Positions 17,189 through 26,627 of a stretch of 64,000 bases of DNA are shown here, in pieces. The DNA comes from Minisyncoccota bacterium. GTDB taxonomy: Bacteria; Patescibacteriota; Minisyncoccia; UBA6257; JAAZHW01. The stretch spans positions 2,283 through 66,282 of the forward strand of contig DAOSMC010000001.1 of the NCBI GenBank assembly GCA_035369485.1, in the 5' to 3' direction. The notes below the pieces were generated by a model, which was not told where the DNA came from, did no database searches, and saw nothing but the letters and a program-made list of their open reading frames with translations. Positions within the stretch are counted from its first letter, which is position 1, and every line of letters begins with the position of its first letter. A program made the position numbers and the translations under genes.

Positions 17189-18241
17189 ATGTTTAAAAAA
17201 TTATTAGCAAAAATGTCGCCGGGATTGGGAATTGATTTGGGTACAGCCAATTCCCTTGTTTATTTGGAGAAACAAGGGGTTGTTATTAATGAGCCGTCGG
17301 TAGTGGCTTACAATCAAAAAACGAATGAGATTTTAGCTATTGGACGTGAAGCGCAAGCGATGGTTGGACGTACGCCTCCTCATATTGTAGCAGTTCAGCC
17401 ATTGACCAATGGAGTAATTTCTGATTTTGAATTGTCGGAAGAAATGCTTCGTTATTTTTATCGTAAATTCCAAAAATCCAAATTAGGAATTTTGCCGTAT
17501 CGGCCGCGGGTGGTTATTGGTATTCCTTGTGGAATTACTGAAGTGGAAAAAAAGGCAGTAGAAGATGCAGCCTTAAATGCCGGAGCAGGCGAGGTTTATT
17601 TGGTAGAGCAAACTTTAGCAGCGGCGATCGGTAGTCATATTCCTATTTTTGAACCATCGGGCAATATTTTAGTTGATATTGGTGGAGGAACTACGGATAT
17701 CGTTGTTATTTCCCTTGGCGGTATTGTTCGTTATAAAAACTTAAAAATTGCTGGTCAAAAATTTAATGAAGACATTATAAGATATGTTAAGGACGAATAT
17801 CGTTTATTAATTGGAGAAGTGAGTGCAGAACGTGTAAAGTTGGAAATTGGATCAGCTAAAATTAATGGAATGGAAAAATTAGAAACAGTTGTCAGAGGAA
17901 GAGATTTAACCACTGGCTTACCGAAAGAAGTTACTCTAACAAGCGAAGAAGTTGCAAGGGCTTTGGATAAATCCCTGAAAGTTTTAGTGGAAGCGATTCG
18001 GTCTACCATTGAGGAAACACCACCGGAATTAGTGGCTGATATTTCTATAAAAAACATTTGGTTGTCGGGTGGAGGAAGTTTATTACACAATCTTGATCGT
18101 TTGATCGAAAATTATTGCATGATGCCGGTAAAAAGCGTTGATGATCCTTTAACGGCGACGGTGCGAGGATTGGGGATTATCGTGGAAAATTTAAAACAGT
18201 ATAAAAATATCCTTATTTATGAGCACAAAGAGAACGAATAA
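17189..18241 (+). CDS. mreB: Rod-shape actin homolog MreB, paralog 2
   Basis: GIDLGTANSLVY and ILVDIGGGTTDIVVISLGG. Immediately followed by mreC and mreD. Confidence 0.85.
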   Translation: MFKKLLAKMSPGLGIDLGTANSLVYLEKQGVVINEPSVVAYNQKTNEILAIGREAQAMVGRTPPHIVAVQPLTNGVISDFELSEEMLRYFYRKFQKSKLGILPYRPRVVIGIPCGITEVEKKAVEDAALNAGAGEVYLVEQTLAAAIGSHIPIFEPSGNILVDIGGGTTDIVVISLGGIVRYKNLKIAGQKFNEDIIRYVKDEYRLLIGEVSAERVKLEIGSAKINGMEKLETVVRGRDLTTGLPKEVTLTSEEVARALDKSLKVLVEAIRSTIEETPPELVADISIKNIWLSGGGSLLHNLDRLIENYCMMPVKSVDDPLTATVRGLGIIVENLKQYKNILIYEHKENE

Positions 18242-19028
18242 TCTTATTGTAATTTTGTTAATTATTGCCTTTCTGGGAAGTTTTATGAGGCCAGTATTGG
18301 CTTTAGCCACTAACGAAGAAGATAGTAATAACGGAGATAAAACTTTTACCGCAAGAGCTCGAACTATTCTTTTACGTGCTGTTCAGGATATTGATAATTG
18401 GGTTAGAGGTTTGATTTATTTTAAGGAAATTCAAGAGGAAAATAATGTTTTGGTTTTTCAAAACCGAGCTTTAAAGTCTTTGTTAATTGATTATCATAAT
18501 TTAAAGTCAGAAAATGAATTATTGCGAGAGGCATTAAAAATTCACCAATCGCAAGACATTAATTTTCTTTTAGCCAACGTTATTGGTCGATCGCCTTTGA
18601 ATTTCTCTCAGACTTTTGTGATTGATGTGGGAGAGGAAGATGGAATTAAGGTGGGACAGAGTGTTGTTTGGGGAGGAAAAACTTTAATAGGAGAAATTAT
18701 TGATGTGCGAAAAAATTCTAGCACAGTTCGAGCTATTACGGATAGTGAATTTAGAGCCGCGGTTTTTGTTGGTGAAGGCCGAACTGAAGCCCTTTTCACC
18801 GGTAATGGCTTTTTACCTCCTTTTTTAGATTTGGTACCGACGAAAGAAGAAATTGCTTTAAATGAACAGGTTTATACTTCAGGTTTGGATAATAAATTTA
18901 TTCGAGGTTTGTACGTTGGAGATGTAAGTGAAATTAATAAACCCGAAGGTAAAATTTTTCAGGAAATCAAAATTACCCCGGCTTTAGATTGGACGAGCAT
19001 TTATCAAGTCTTAGTTATCGTTCATTAA
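18219..19028 (+). CDS. mreC: Rod shape-determining protein MreC
   Basis: N-terminal TM, a coiled-coil segment and C-terminal beta domains. Sits between mreB and mreD, overlapping the mreB stop. Confidence 0.65.
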   Translation: MSTKRTNNLIVILLIIAFLGSFMRPVLALATNEEDSNNGDKTFTARARTILLRAVQDIDNWVRGLIYFKEIQEENNVLVFQNRALKSLLIDYHNLKSENELLREALKIHQSQDINFLLANVIGRSPLNFSQTFVIDVGEEDGIKVGQSVVWGGKTLIGEIIDVRKNSSTVRAITDSEFRAAVFVGEGRTEALFTGNGFLPPFLDLVPTKEEIALNEQVYTSGLDNKFIRGLYVGDVSEINKPEGKIFQEIKITPALDWTSIYQVLVIVH

Positions 19029-19030
19029 TA

Positions 19031-19546
19031 ATGAAAAAGATAAAACAAATTTTGCACGTTCTTACTTTTCTGTTATTTATAAGCCTTTTGGCCATTTTAC
19101 AAATAACGATTATTAATCAATATCCCATCGGAGGAGTAAAAGTAAATCTAGTTCTTATAGGATTGTTAGCTAATATTTTTAATCCTCGTTTTGGAAAGGT
19201 GGTTTTAGGTGCTGTTGTAGGAGGTCTGATTTATGATTTTGGCGGGATTTTTAATTTTATTTCTCTAATAAGTTTTTTGGTTACAATAGTAATTCTGCAT
19301 TTATGGAGTAAAAAATATTTGGTTAAAAAGAACATGTTGATGATTTTTTTCTTTGGCGCTATTGGAACAATATTTTTCAATTTTTTTTACGTGCTGTTGA
19401 GTTATTTTCTTTTTCATGCAAACTTTTTTTATTATTTTTTAAGTCTGAGACACGTTGTGGAAATATTACTTAATGGCGGAGGAGCTTTTATTTTTGCTTT
19501 AATTGGTGAGGGATTTACGCAAATAAGCCATTTATTTAAAAAATAA
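19031..19546 (+). CDS. mreD: Rod shape-determining protein MreD
   Basis: A polytopic membrane protein of about 170 aa directly after mreC. The track start is TTG, so the start was trimmed to the ATG at 19031. Confidence 0.5.
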   Translation: MKKIKQILHVLTFLLFISLLAILQITIINQYPIGGVKVNLVLIGLLANIFNPRFGKVVLGAVVGGLIYDFGGIFNFISLISFLVTIVILHLWSKKYLVKKNMLMIFFFGAIGTIFFNFFYVLLSYFLFHANFFYYFLSLRHVVEILLNGGGAFIFALIGEGFTQISHLFKK

Positions 19547-21471
19547 TGAAATTAAATTTTAAGAAGAATAAAAAAGTAAAAAGAGAAAGTGATTTTTTGG
19601 AAGTAGAAGAAATTTTATTTAATAAAGAAGCGGTTTCAAAATTAAAAGAAGAAGAACTTAGTCGTTTGGAGGTTTCTATTGGGAAATGGGGGTTAAATTC
19701 GATTTTTTTGTTTGGGATTTTTCTTTTAATTTTTGCGTTAGGCTTGGTTGGTTATTTAAATTTTGCGAAAGGCGATGAATATCAACAAATTGCCCAAAAA
19801 AATGCTTTAAAATCCATTCCTATTATTGCTGATCGAGGTTTGATTTTTGATAATCATAATAGGGTTTTGGTTTACAATCAAGAAGTATTTGATTTAGTGT
19901 TTTTCCCTGCGTATTTACCTGTTGATAAAATAGAAAGAGAAAAGATATTAAAAAAAATTGAAGAAAAACCAGAAATTGCAGCGGCTATTAATAAAGAAAA
20001 TTTAGAAGAAGATGACCCTTTAGAGAGTATTATTTTACAAAGCAATTTAAGTCGCGAAGAGGCTATTAGATGGGAAAGCTATTTTGCTGGTTATTCAGCA
20101 GTTCAAGTTATTAGGCAAAACTTACGCCAATATACTTCACCACTTGCTTTTAGTCATATTTTAGGTTATGTGGGTCGCGTATCGGCTGAAGATATTCAGA
20201 AAAATCCACTTTATAGTAATTTTGTGAAAATTGGCAAAGCTGGTCTCGAATCTTTTTATGAAGATAATTTACGCGGTCAAGACGGAGAAATTAAAGTACT
20301 AAGAAATGCTTATATGGAAATTTTAGGGCAGAGCGTCGTTAAAGAGCCGGTGGCGGGTAATAATCTTTATTTAACGATTGATGCCGATCTCCAAGAATAC
20401 AGCTATAAAACTCTTGCTCGACAGATTGATAATTTAGGGAAAGAAAGAGGCGGCGTAGTAATTGTTTCTGACCCGCAGAGTGGAGAAATCCTTTCATTAG
20501 TTAGCTACCCAGGTTATGATATCAATAGTTTGTCAAAGGGTATTACCCAGAAAGAATTTGAAACATTAATCAATTCAAAAGTTACTCCTCTTTTTAATCG
20601 AACGGTTTCTGGTCTTTATAATCCAGGTTCAACAATCAAACCAATCATCGCCATTGCTGCTTTAGAAGAAAACATCATCGATCCTTTTAAAAAAATAGAA
20701 ACGCACGGCTATATTACTATTCCTAATCCTTATTTTCCTGATCGGCCATCTATTTTTGTTGATTGGCGTAATAATGGTGTTGTAAACATGCAAGATGCAA
20801 TTGCTCGATCCAGCAACGTTTATTTTTATATTATTGGTGGTGGTTATGAAGATTTTGTTGGATTGGGCATTGAGCGAATTAGAAATTATTTAGAAAAATT
20901 TCAATTTAATCTAGTAACCGGTATTGATTTACCAGCAGAAAAAGTTAGCAATATTCCTGATGAAAAGAGTAAAAACCCCTGGCGTATAGGTGACACCTAC
21001 AATGTTTCTATTGGCCAGGGCGATTTATTAACAACACCGATAAGATTAATAACGAGTTTAAACGTTATGATTAACGGTGGAAAAATTTTGCGGCCGTATC
21101 TTTTAGATCACATTGCTGATAATAATCAGCGGACAATTTTTCAAAACGAAATACAAGTAGCAAAAGATAATTTTCTAAACTCCAAAAACATAGAGATTGT
21201 AAAAGAAGGAATGCGAAAAACGGTTACGAGTCCTTTAGGCACGGCGCATACTCTTATCGATTTACCATTTAGTGTTGGAGGAAAAAGCGGCAGCGCTCAA
21301 ACATCAGGTAATACAAAAACCAATGCCTTATTTTATGCTTTTGCTCCGTATGACGATCCACAGATTTCCGTTTTAATTTTAATTGAAGATGTACCGGAAG
21401 GTTCTTTAAATGCTATTCCAGTAGCAAAAGATATTTTAATGTGGTATTATAAAAATAGAGGTTTTAAATAA
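19546..21471 (+). CDS. mrdA: Penicillin-binding protein 2 (elongasome transpeptidase)
   Basis: N-terminal TM, then SxxK (GSTIKP), SxN (SSNVYF) and KSG motifs. Genomic context with mreBCD. Confidence 0.75.
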   Translation: MKLNFKKNKKVKRESDFLEVEEILFNKEAVSKLKEEELSRLEVSIGKWGLNSIFLFGIFLLIFALGLVGYLNFAKGDEYQQIAQKNALKSIPIIADRGLIFDNHNRVLVYNQEVFDLVFFPAYLPVDKIEREKILKKIEEKPEIAAAINKENLEEDDPLESIILQSNLSREEAIRWESYFAGYSAVQVIRQNLRQYTSPLAFSHILGYVGRVSAEDIQKNPLYSNFVKIGKAGLESFYEDNLRGQDGEIKVLRNAYMEILGQSVVKEPVAGNNLYLTIDADLQEYSYKTLARQIDNLGKERGGVVIVSDPQSGEILSLVSYPGYDINSLSKGITQKEFETLINSKVTPLFNRTVSGLYNPGSTIKPIIAIAALEENIIDPFKKIETHGYITIPNPYFPDRPSIFVDWRNNGVVNMQDAIARSSNVYFYIIGGGYEDFVGLGIERIRNYLEKFQFNLVTGIDLPAEKVSNIPDEKSKNPWRIGDTYNVSIGQGDLLTTPIRLITSLNVMINGGKILRPYLLDHIADNNQRTIFQNEIQVAKDNFLNSKNIEIVKEGMRKTVTSPLGTAHTLIDLPFSVGGKSGSAQTSGNTKTNALFYAFAPYDDPQISVLILIEDVPEGSLNAIPVAKDILMWYYKNRGFK

Positions 21472-21624
21472 TTAATGTCTTAATCGATATCTTAAATTTT
21501 AAAATCTAACCTCAAATAATTTTAAAGGCATTAAAAATTATAAAATTATTTCGGTGATGCTTTTAGAATAACAATTGGATTGAAAGCCGCGGGATTCATC
21601 TATTAGATTTTGTTTTTGGATGCT

Positions 21625-21662
21625 GCGCGGTGGCGATTTTCTTTAGAAAATCGCCACCGCGC
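21625..21662. repeat. GC-stem palindromic element, copy F: perfect 17-bp stem, loop TTTA (variant GCGCGGTGGCG)
   Basis: gcgcggtggcgattttc-ttta-gaaaatcgccaccgcgc, between mrdA and greA. Confidence 0.7.
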
Positions 21663-21705
21663 CGCTTCATCTCTAGTCGTTTATTACTTTTAGATTTAAT
21701 ATTTC

Positions 21706-22179
21706 ATGAATAATATGCCCCCAGTTTATTTAAGCAAAGAAAAATATGAAGAGTTATGTCGTGAACTTGAAGCACGGAAAACGACTATTCGGCAAAAAAT
21801 AGCCGCTGATTTAAAGCATGCTAAAGACCTAGGAGATTTATCCGAAAACGCCGCTTATACAGAAGCCAAAGATGCAAAAGAAAAAAACGATCGTCGAATT
21901 GATGAACTAGAAAATATTCTTGCTCATTGCGAAATTATTGAAAAATCACAAAAAAATGATAGAGTTTATATAGGAGCTAAAGTGAAAATTCAAGACGAAA
22001 AAGGAGAGATTTTCGAATATCAAATTGTTGGCCCAGAAGAAAGTGATCCATTTAAAAACCTGATTTCTTACAGATCGCCATTAGGAATGGAGTTGATGGA
22101 TAAAAAAGAAGGAGATTGGATTAAAATTCAAAGCCCCAATCAAACGATCAAAAAATATAAAATTATCTCTATTGATTAA
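21706..22179 (+). CDS. greA: Transcription elongation factor GreA
   Basis: 157 aa, with an N-terminal coiled-coil carrying the conserved acidic tip and a C-terminal FKBP-like domain. Confidence 0.8.
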   Translation: MNNMPPVYLSKEKYEELCRELEARKTTIRQKIAADLKHAKDLGDLSENAAYTEAKDAKEKNDRRIDELENILAHCEIIEKSQKNDRVYIGAKVKIQDEKGEIFEYQIVGPEESDPFKNLISYRSPLGMELMDKKEGDWIKIQSPNQTIKKYKIISID

Positions 22180-22183
22180 AATT

Positions 22184-23662
22184 ATGTCAACAGCTGATCA
22201 GGTTAAAAAAATAAGAATTGCAAAAATAAAAGAATTAAAAAAACAAGGCAAGGAAGTGTATCCCAGTCATTGTTTTCGTAACCAATCAATTAGTAATATT
22301 TTGAATAATTTTTATTCTTGGAGTATTGCAAAAAAGAAAATTTGGGTAGGAGGAAGAATAATGAGTATTCGTTTTCATGGCGGAATAGCATTTGCCGATT
22401 TGTGGGATGCCAGCGGGCATTTACAGATTGTTTTTAAAAAAGAGGAAACAAAAAATTTTGAACTTCTCAATCAATACTTGGATGTAAGCGATTTTATTGA
22501 AGTAAGAGGTTTTCCTTTCAAAACGGAAAGAGGGGAAAAAAGTTTATTAGTTCAAGAGTGGCGTATTTTAGCAAAAAGCTTAAAGCCCATTCCTTCAGAA
22601 TGGTATGGTTTAAAAGACACCGAAGAACGCTTTCGGCGTCGCTATCTTGATTTAATTTTAAACGAGGAAGTAAAAAAGCGCTTTGAAACTCGCTCGAGAA
22701 TTATTAAAGCAATGAGAGGCTTTTTTGATAAGGAAGGTTTTATGGAAGTGGAAACGCCTATTTTACAAACATTGGCCGGCGGAGCCGCTGCGTGTCCATT
22801 CAAAACAAAACTTAATATTTTGAATATGCCACTTTATCTTCGCATTGCACCAGAATTATATTTGAAACGATTAATTGTTGGTGGTTTTGAAAAGATTTTT
22901 GAAATTGGTAAGAATTTTCGCAACGAGGGTATTGATAAAACTCATAATCCAGAATTTACAATGATGGAGCTTTATTGGGCCTATGCTGATTATGAAGATA
23001 TGATGGATTTTATTGAACAGCTTTTTGTTTATATTCTCAAAAACGCCTTGCCTCAAACAAAAGACCCCATGCTCATTAATTTTAATGGTCAATTAATTAA
23101 TTTTACTCCACCATGGCCACGCAAAAAATTTTTAGATTTAATTGAAGAAGAAACAAGCCTAAAACCGTTAGCAACAAAGAGTCAAACATGGAGAGCGTTT
23201 CTTCAAACTCAAGGAGTAACAATAACAGAAGAAATAAAAAAGATGGATGAGTGGGGGTTGATGGATGAAGTTTATAAAAAAGTTTGTTTAGAAAAATTAA
23301 CTCAGCCCACTTTTGTTACCCATCATCCCATTGTTTTATCGCCATTAGCAAAATTGAGCAAAGACAATTTGAATGAAACAGAAAGATTTCAGTTGGTTGC
23401 TGGCGGAATCGAATTGGTTAATGGTTATTCAGAATTAAATGACCCCTTAGAGCAAGCGGAACGTTTTAAAAAACAAGAACAACGAAGAAAAGCGGGGAAT
23501 AAAGAAGCATCGCCCTATGATAAAGATTTTATAGAAGCATTGGAATATGGAATGCCACCCACAGCAGGCGTTGGTATTGGCATTGATCGATTGGTTATGC
23601 TTTTAACCAATGCACCATCTATCAAAGAGGTCATCTTTTTCCCTTTTATGAAAAATAAATAA
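22184..23662 (+). CDS. lysS: Lysyl-tRNA synthetase, class II
   Basis: An OB anticodon-binding N-domain and class II motifs 1-3 (FRNEG, GGIELVNGYSELNDP, GVGIGIDRLVMLL). The track start is TTG, so the start was trimmed to the ATG at 22184. Confidence 0.85.
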   Translation: MSTADQVKKIRIAKIKELKKQGKEVYPSHCFRNQSISNILNNFYSWSIAKKKIWVGGRIMSIRFHGGIAFADLWDASGHLQIVFKKEETKNFELLNQYLDVSDFIEVRGFPFKTERGEKSLLVQEWRILAKSLKPIPSEWYGLKDTEERFRRRYLDLILNEEVKKRFETRSRIIKAMRGFFDKEGFMEVETPILQTLAGGAAACPFKTKLNILNMPLYLRIAPELYLKRLIVGGFEKIFEIGKNFRNEGIDKTHNPEFTMMELYWAYADYEDMMDFIEQLFVYILKNALPQTKDPMLINFNGQLINFTPPWPRKKFLDLIEEETSLKPLATKSQTWRAFLQTQGVTITEEIKKMDEWGLMDEVYKKVCLEKLTQPTFVTHHPIVLSPLAKLSKDNLNETERFQLVAGGIELVNGYSELNDPLEQAERFKKQEQRRKAGNKEASPYDKDFIEALEYGMPPTAGVGIGIDRLVMLLTNAPSIKEVIFFPFMKNK

Positions 23663-23666
23663 AAAT

Positions 23667-24899
23667 ATGCTTACAGATTTATTAAAAAAAATTAGAGAAA
23701 ATCCTCAATTATATAAAGAAGGAATTGCAAAGAAAAATTGCAACGTCGAAATTATTGATAAAATTTTAGCAATTGACAAAGAATATCGTAGTAATTTAGC
23801 AGAAGTGGAATTTTTGAGAGCTCATTTAAATGAGTTGTCACAAAATGCTAAATTTAGCCAAGATCATTTAGAGCAAGCGCGAGCTACTAAACAGCGTATT
23901 AAAGATTTGGAAAGGGAATTAACACCAATAGAAAATGACTTAGATAAATTACTTTATCAGATTCCTAATTTACCGTTTGAGGATGTTCCATTAGGGAAAG
24001 ACGAGAGTGAAAATAAAGTATTACGAGAAGTGGGGAAAAGGCCAAAATTTAAATTTGAACCTCAAGATTATTTAACGCTAACAGAAGATAAGTGGATTGA
24101 TACTAAAAGAGCTGCTAAAGTAGCGGGAACGCGCTTCGGATATTTAAAAAATGAGGCAGTGCTTTTGGAATATGCGTTAGTAAGATGGGTAATGAATTCT
24201 CTTAAAGAAAAAGGATTTGTGCCAATAGTCCCGCCTGCTTTTATTTCTTCTAAGGCTATGAAGGGGATGGGTTATATTGATAATGAAAAAGATTTGGCGG
24301 AACGTTATTATTTTCCTCAAGATGATTTATTTTTGATTGGTACAGCCGAGCAAGCAGTTGGTCCGATGCATATGGACGAAGTTTTAGAAGAAAAAGAGTT
24401 GCCTTTGCGCTATATTGCTTTTTCGCCGTGCTTTAGAAGAGAAGCTGGTTCTTATGGAAAAGATACCAAAGGAATTTGGCGCGTACATTATTTTGAAAAA
24501 TTGGAAATGTTTATTTTTTGTAAACCAGAACAATCTGAAGAAGAGCATCAGCTTATTTTAGCTATTGAAGAGGAGTTGATGCAAAAATTGGGATTGCCTT
24601 ATCGTGTTATTCAATTGTGTACGGGCGATTTGTCAAATCCTTCGGCTAAATCTTTTGATATTGAAGCATGGTTGCCGAGTCAGAATCGATACGCCGAGAC
24701 TCATTCGTGCAGTAATTGCACAGACTTCCAATCTCGGCGATTAAATATTCGCTATCGATCCAAAGATGGTTTGCAATTCGTGCACACTCTTAATGGAACG
24801 GCGTTTGCTATTGGCAGAATCATCGTTGCAATTATAGAGAATTATCAACAAGCAGATGGTTCAATTAAGATTCCTGAGGTTTTAGAACAATATCTTTAA
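23667..24899 (+). CDS. serS: Seryl-tRNA synthetase
   Basis: An N-terminal coiled-coil arm and the class II core with TLNGTAFAIGRIIVAIIENYQ. Confidence 0.85.
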   Translation: MLTDLLKKIRENPQLYKEGIAKKNCNVEIIDKILAIDKEYRSNLAEVEFLRAHLNELSQNAKFSQDHLEQARATKQRIKDLERELTPIENDLDKLLYQIPNLPFEDVPLGKDESENKVLREVGKRPKFKFEPQDYLTLTEDKWIDTKRAAKVAGTRFGYLKNEAVLLEYALVRWVMNSLKEKGFVPIVPPAFISSKAMKGMGYIDNEKDLAERYYFPQDDLFLIGTAEQAVGPMHMDEVLEEKELPLRYIAFSPCFRREAGSYGKDTKGIWRVHYFEKLEMFIFCKPEQSEEEHQLILAIEEELMQKLGLPYRVIQLCTGDLSNPSAKSFDIEAWLPSQNRYAETHSCSNCTDFQSRRLNIRYRSKDGLQFVHTLNGTAFAIGRIIVAIIENYQQADGSIKIPEVLEQYL

Positions 24900-24914
24900 T
24901 ATCATATTTATGTT

Positions 24915-25718
24915 ATGCCTTATCGACTTACATCTTATAAATTAAGGCAGATTCAAAAGAAAAAACAAAGAAGGCGAACTATTTTTGTTATCATTATTAT
25001 TGTTCTCTTCATTTGTTGCCTCGGCGGGATATTATTTTTTTCACCTCTTTTTCAAATCAACAGCATAGCTATTAATTCTACTCATTTTGTTAAAATGAGC
25101 GATATTTTTCAGAAAGCAACCGAGCAGTTTAAGGATCAAAAACTGTTTAATTTAATAACCGTTCCGGCTAACCTCATTCTTTTTACTCAAGCTGATTGTA
25201 AGGCTATTGAAAAATATTTCGTGGCTTTGGATTCTGTTGACTGCCAAAAAATTTATATTGCTAAAATGCTTAAAATTGAAGCGCGAGAAAAACAACAAAT
25301 AGGAATCCTTTGTTCTGATTCGGTAATTAAAAACCATGGAAATTGTTTGTATTTTGATCAAAACGGTATCGTATTTGCTCTAGCCGAAGAAGACGATGAT
25401 TTTGATCATTCTCTTATTGCGATGCAAGATGTTACTAATCGCATTTATCAATTAGGTGATAAAATTATTTCCTATGATTTTTCGCCTGTGGTAAAAATAA
25501 AAGACATTTTGGCGAATCATCAATTAATATTGAATAAAATAGAAATTGATGATCATGATGTGGTTTATTTTTTTGAAAACGGATTTAAATTGTTAATTTC
25601 TCAAGAAAAATTAAAAGAGACAGCGAATATTTTACCTCGTTTATTAGAAATAGAATTCGATTTACAAAAATTAGAGTATTTAGATCTACGCTTTTTGCCA
25701 AAGATGTATTATAAGTAG
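24915..25718 (+). CDS. Single-pass membrane protein, possibly an FtsQ/DivIB-like (POTRA) cell-division protein
   Basis: A basic N-terminus, one TM helix, and a periplasmic domain of the size of FtsQ. The family assignment is from topology only. Confidence 0.3.
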   Translation: MPYRLTSYKLRQIQKKKQRRRTIFVIIIIVLFICCLGGILFFSPLFQINSIAINSTHFVKMSDIFQKATEQFKDQKLFNLITVPANLILFTQADCKAIEKYFVALDSVDCQKIYIAKMLKIEAREKQQIGILCSDSVIKNHGNCLYFDQNGIVFALAEEDDDFDHSLIAMQDVTNRIYQLGDKIISYDFSPVVKIKDILANHQLILNKIEIDDHDVVYFFENGFKLLISQEKLKETANILPRLLEIEFDLQKLEYLDLRFLPKMYYK

Positions 25719-25754
25719 ATTGAAAGATTAGAGTGATAAAGATAGGGTTTTTAA

Positions 25755-25793
25755 GGGGCGACGAAAATTTTCTTTGAAAATTTTCGTCGCCCC
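25755..25793. repeat. GC-stem palindromic element, copy G: perfect 18-bp stem, between convergent genes
   Basis: ggggcgacgaaaattttc-ttt-gaaaattttcgtcgcccc. Confidence 0.7.
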
Positions 25794-25804
25794 GTCCGTC
25801 GCAT

Positions 25805-26542
25805 TTATTTTCTTGATTTAGCCACTGTTAAGCCAATGATTTTTTTAGAGCCATTTTGTTTTAAAACTCGCGCAGCCTCTTGCATTGTAGCACCAGAAGT
25901 AAAGACGTCATCTATAAGAATGATATTCTTGTTTTTTAAGGAATTTTTATCCTTAACTTCAAAAGCATTTTTGAGATTTAAGTGGCGTTCCTCATAATTA
26001 TCAAGTTTTGCTTGAGGATGTGTATTTTTTTGGCGTATTAAAATTTCACTATTTATTTCTAATTGAAAATAGTTAGCAAAAATTTTAGCTATTTCTTCGC
26101 TTTGATTAAATCCGCGTTCTTTGAAGCGTTGACGCGAAAGAGGAATGGCGATGACGATTGCTCCAGAAAATTGTTTTTTAAGATCAGGCCATATTTTTTC
26201 CCAGTAGTTAATGACGATGTTGCCGAGTGTATGGCGAATGTCTTTAACAAACTGATATTTGTAAAGATGAATAAGTTTTTGGACGAGAGGATTTTCATAG
26301 TCAGTAGCCGAAGCAATAAAATCCAGAGGGGAATAATTATTGGAGTGGGAACATTTTTTGAATTGGCCAATTCTTTTGAGACAAATAGGGCAGAATAATG
26401 ATGAGTATAGAGGAATGGTTTTTAGGCAATTTTCACAAAGATAGAGACCGCTTTCGTTTTTAATAAAAGCGCCGCAATTTAAACAAAAAATTGGGAAAAG
26501 GCAATCATAGATTAAATTTTTTATTTTGATTATTTTATTCAT
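25805..26542 (-). CDS. comFC: ComF-family phosphoribosyltransferase (ComFC-like competence protein)
   Basis: An N-terminal double zinc-finger Cys cluster (CLNCGAF...CENCL...CPICLKRI) and a C-terminal PRTase motif IILIDDVFTSGATM. Confidence 0.65.
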   Translation of the reverse strand: MNKIIKIKNLIYDCLFPIFCLNCGAFIKNESGLYLCENCLKTIPLYSSLFCPICLKRIGQFKKCSHSNNYSPLDFIASATDYENPLVQKLIHLYKYQFVKDIRHTLGNIVINYWEKIWPDLKKQFSGAIVIAIPLSRQRFKERGFNQSEEIAKIFANYFQLEINSEILIRQKNTHPQAKLDNYEERHLNLKNAFEVKDKNSLKNKNIILIDDVFTSGATMQEAARVLKQNGSKKIIGLTVAKSRK

Positions 26543-26627
26543 TGTGGATAAGTATAACTTGTTGCTTCCAACTATCTTTTAAATTATAATATAATAAAAG
26601 AGAAAATTAATTCTAGAAATAAATTTT

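Noticed and set aside
26544-26552. Perfect DnaA boxes (TGTGGATAA at 26544-26552 and TTATCCACA at 63901-63909) as a possible oriC
   Set aside because: Only two isolated boxes in 64 kb, which is about the chance expectation for a 9-mer in AT-rich DNA. There is no cluster, no adjacent dnaA/dnaN and no AT-rich DUE arrangement.
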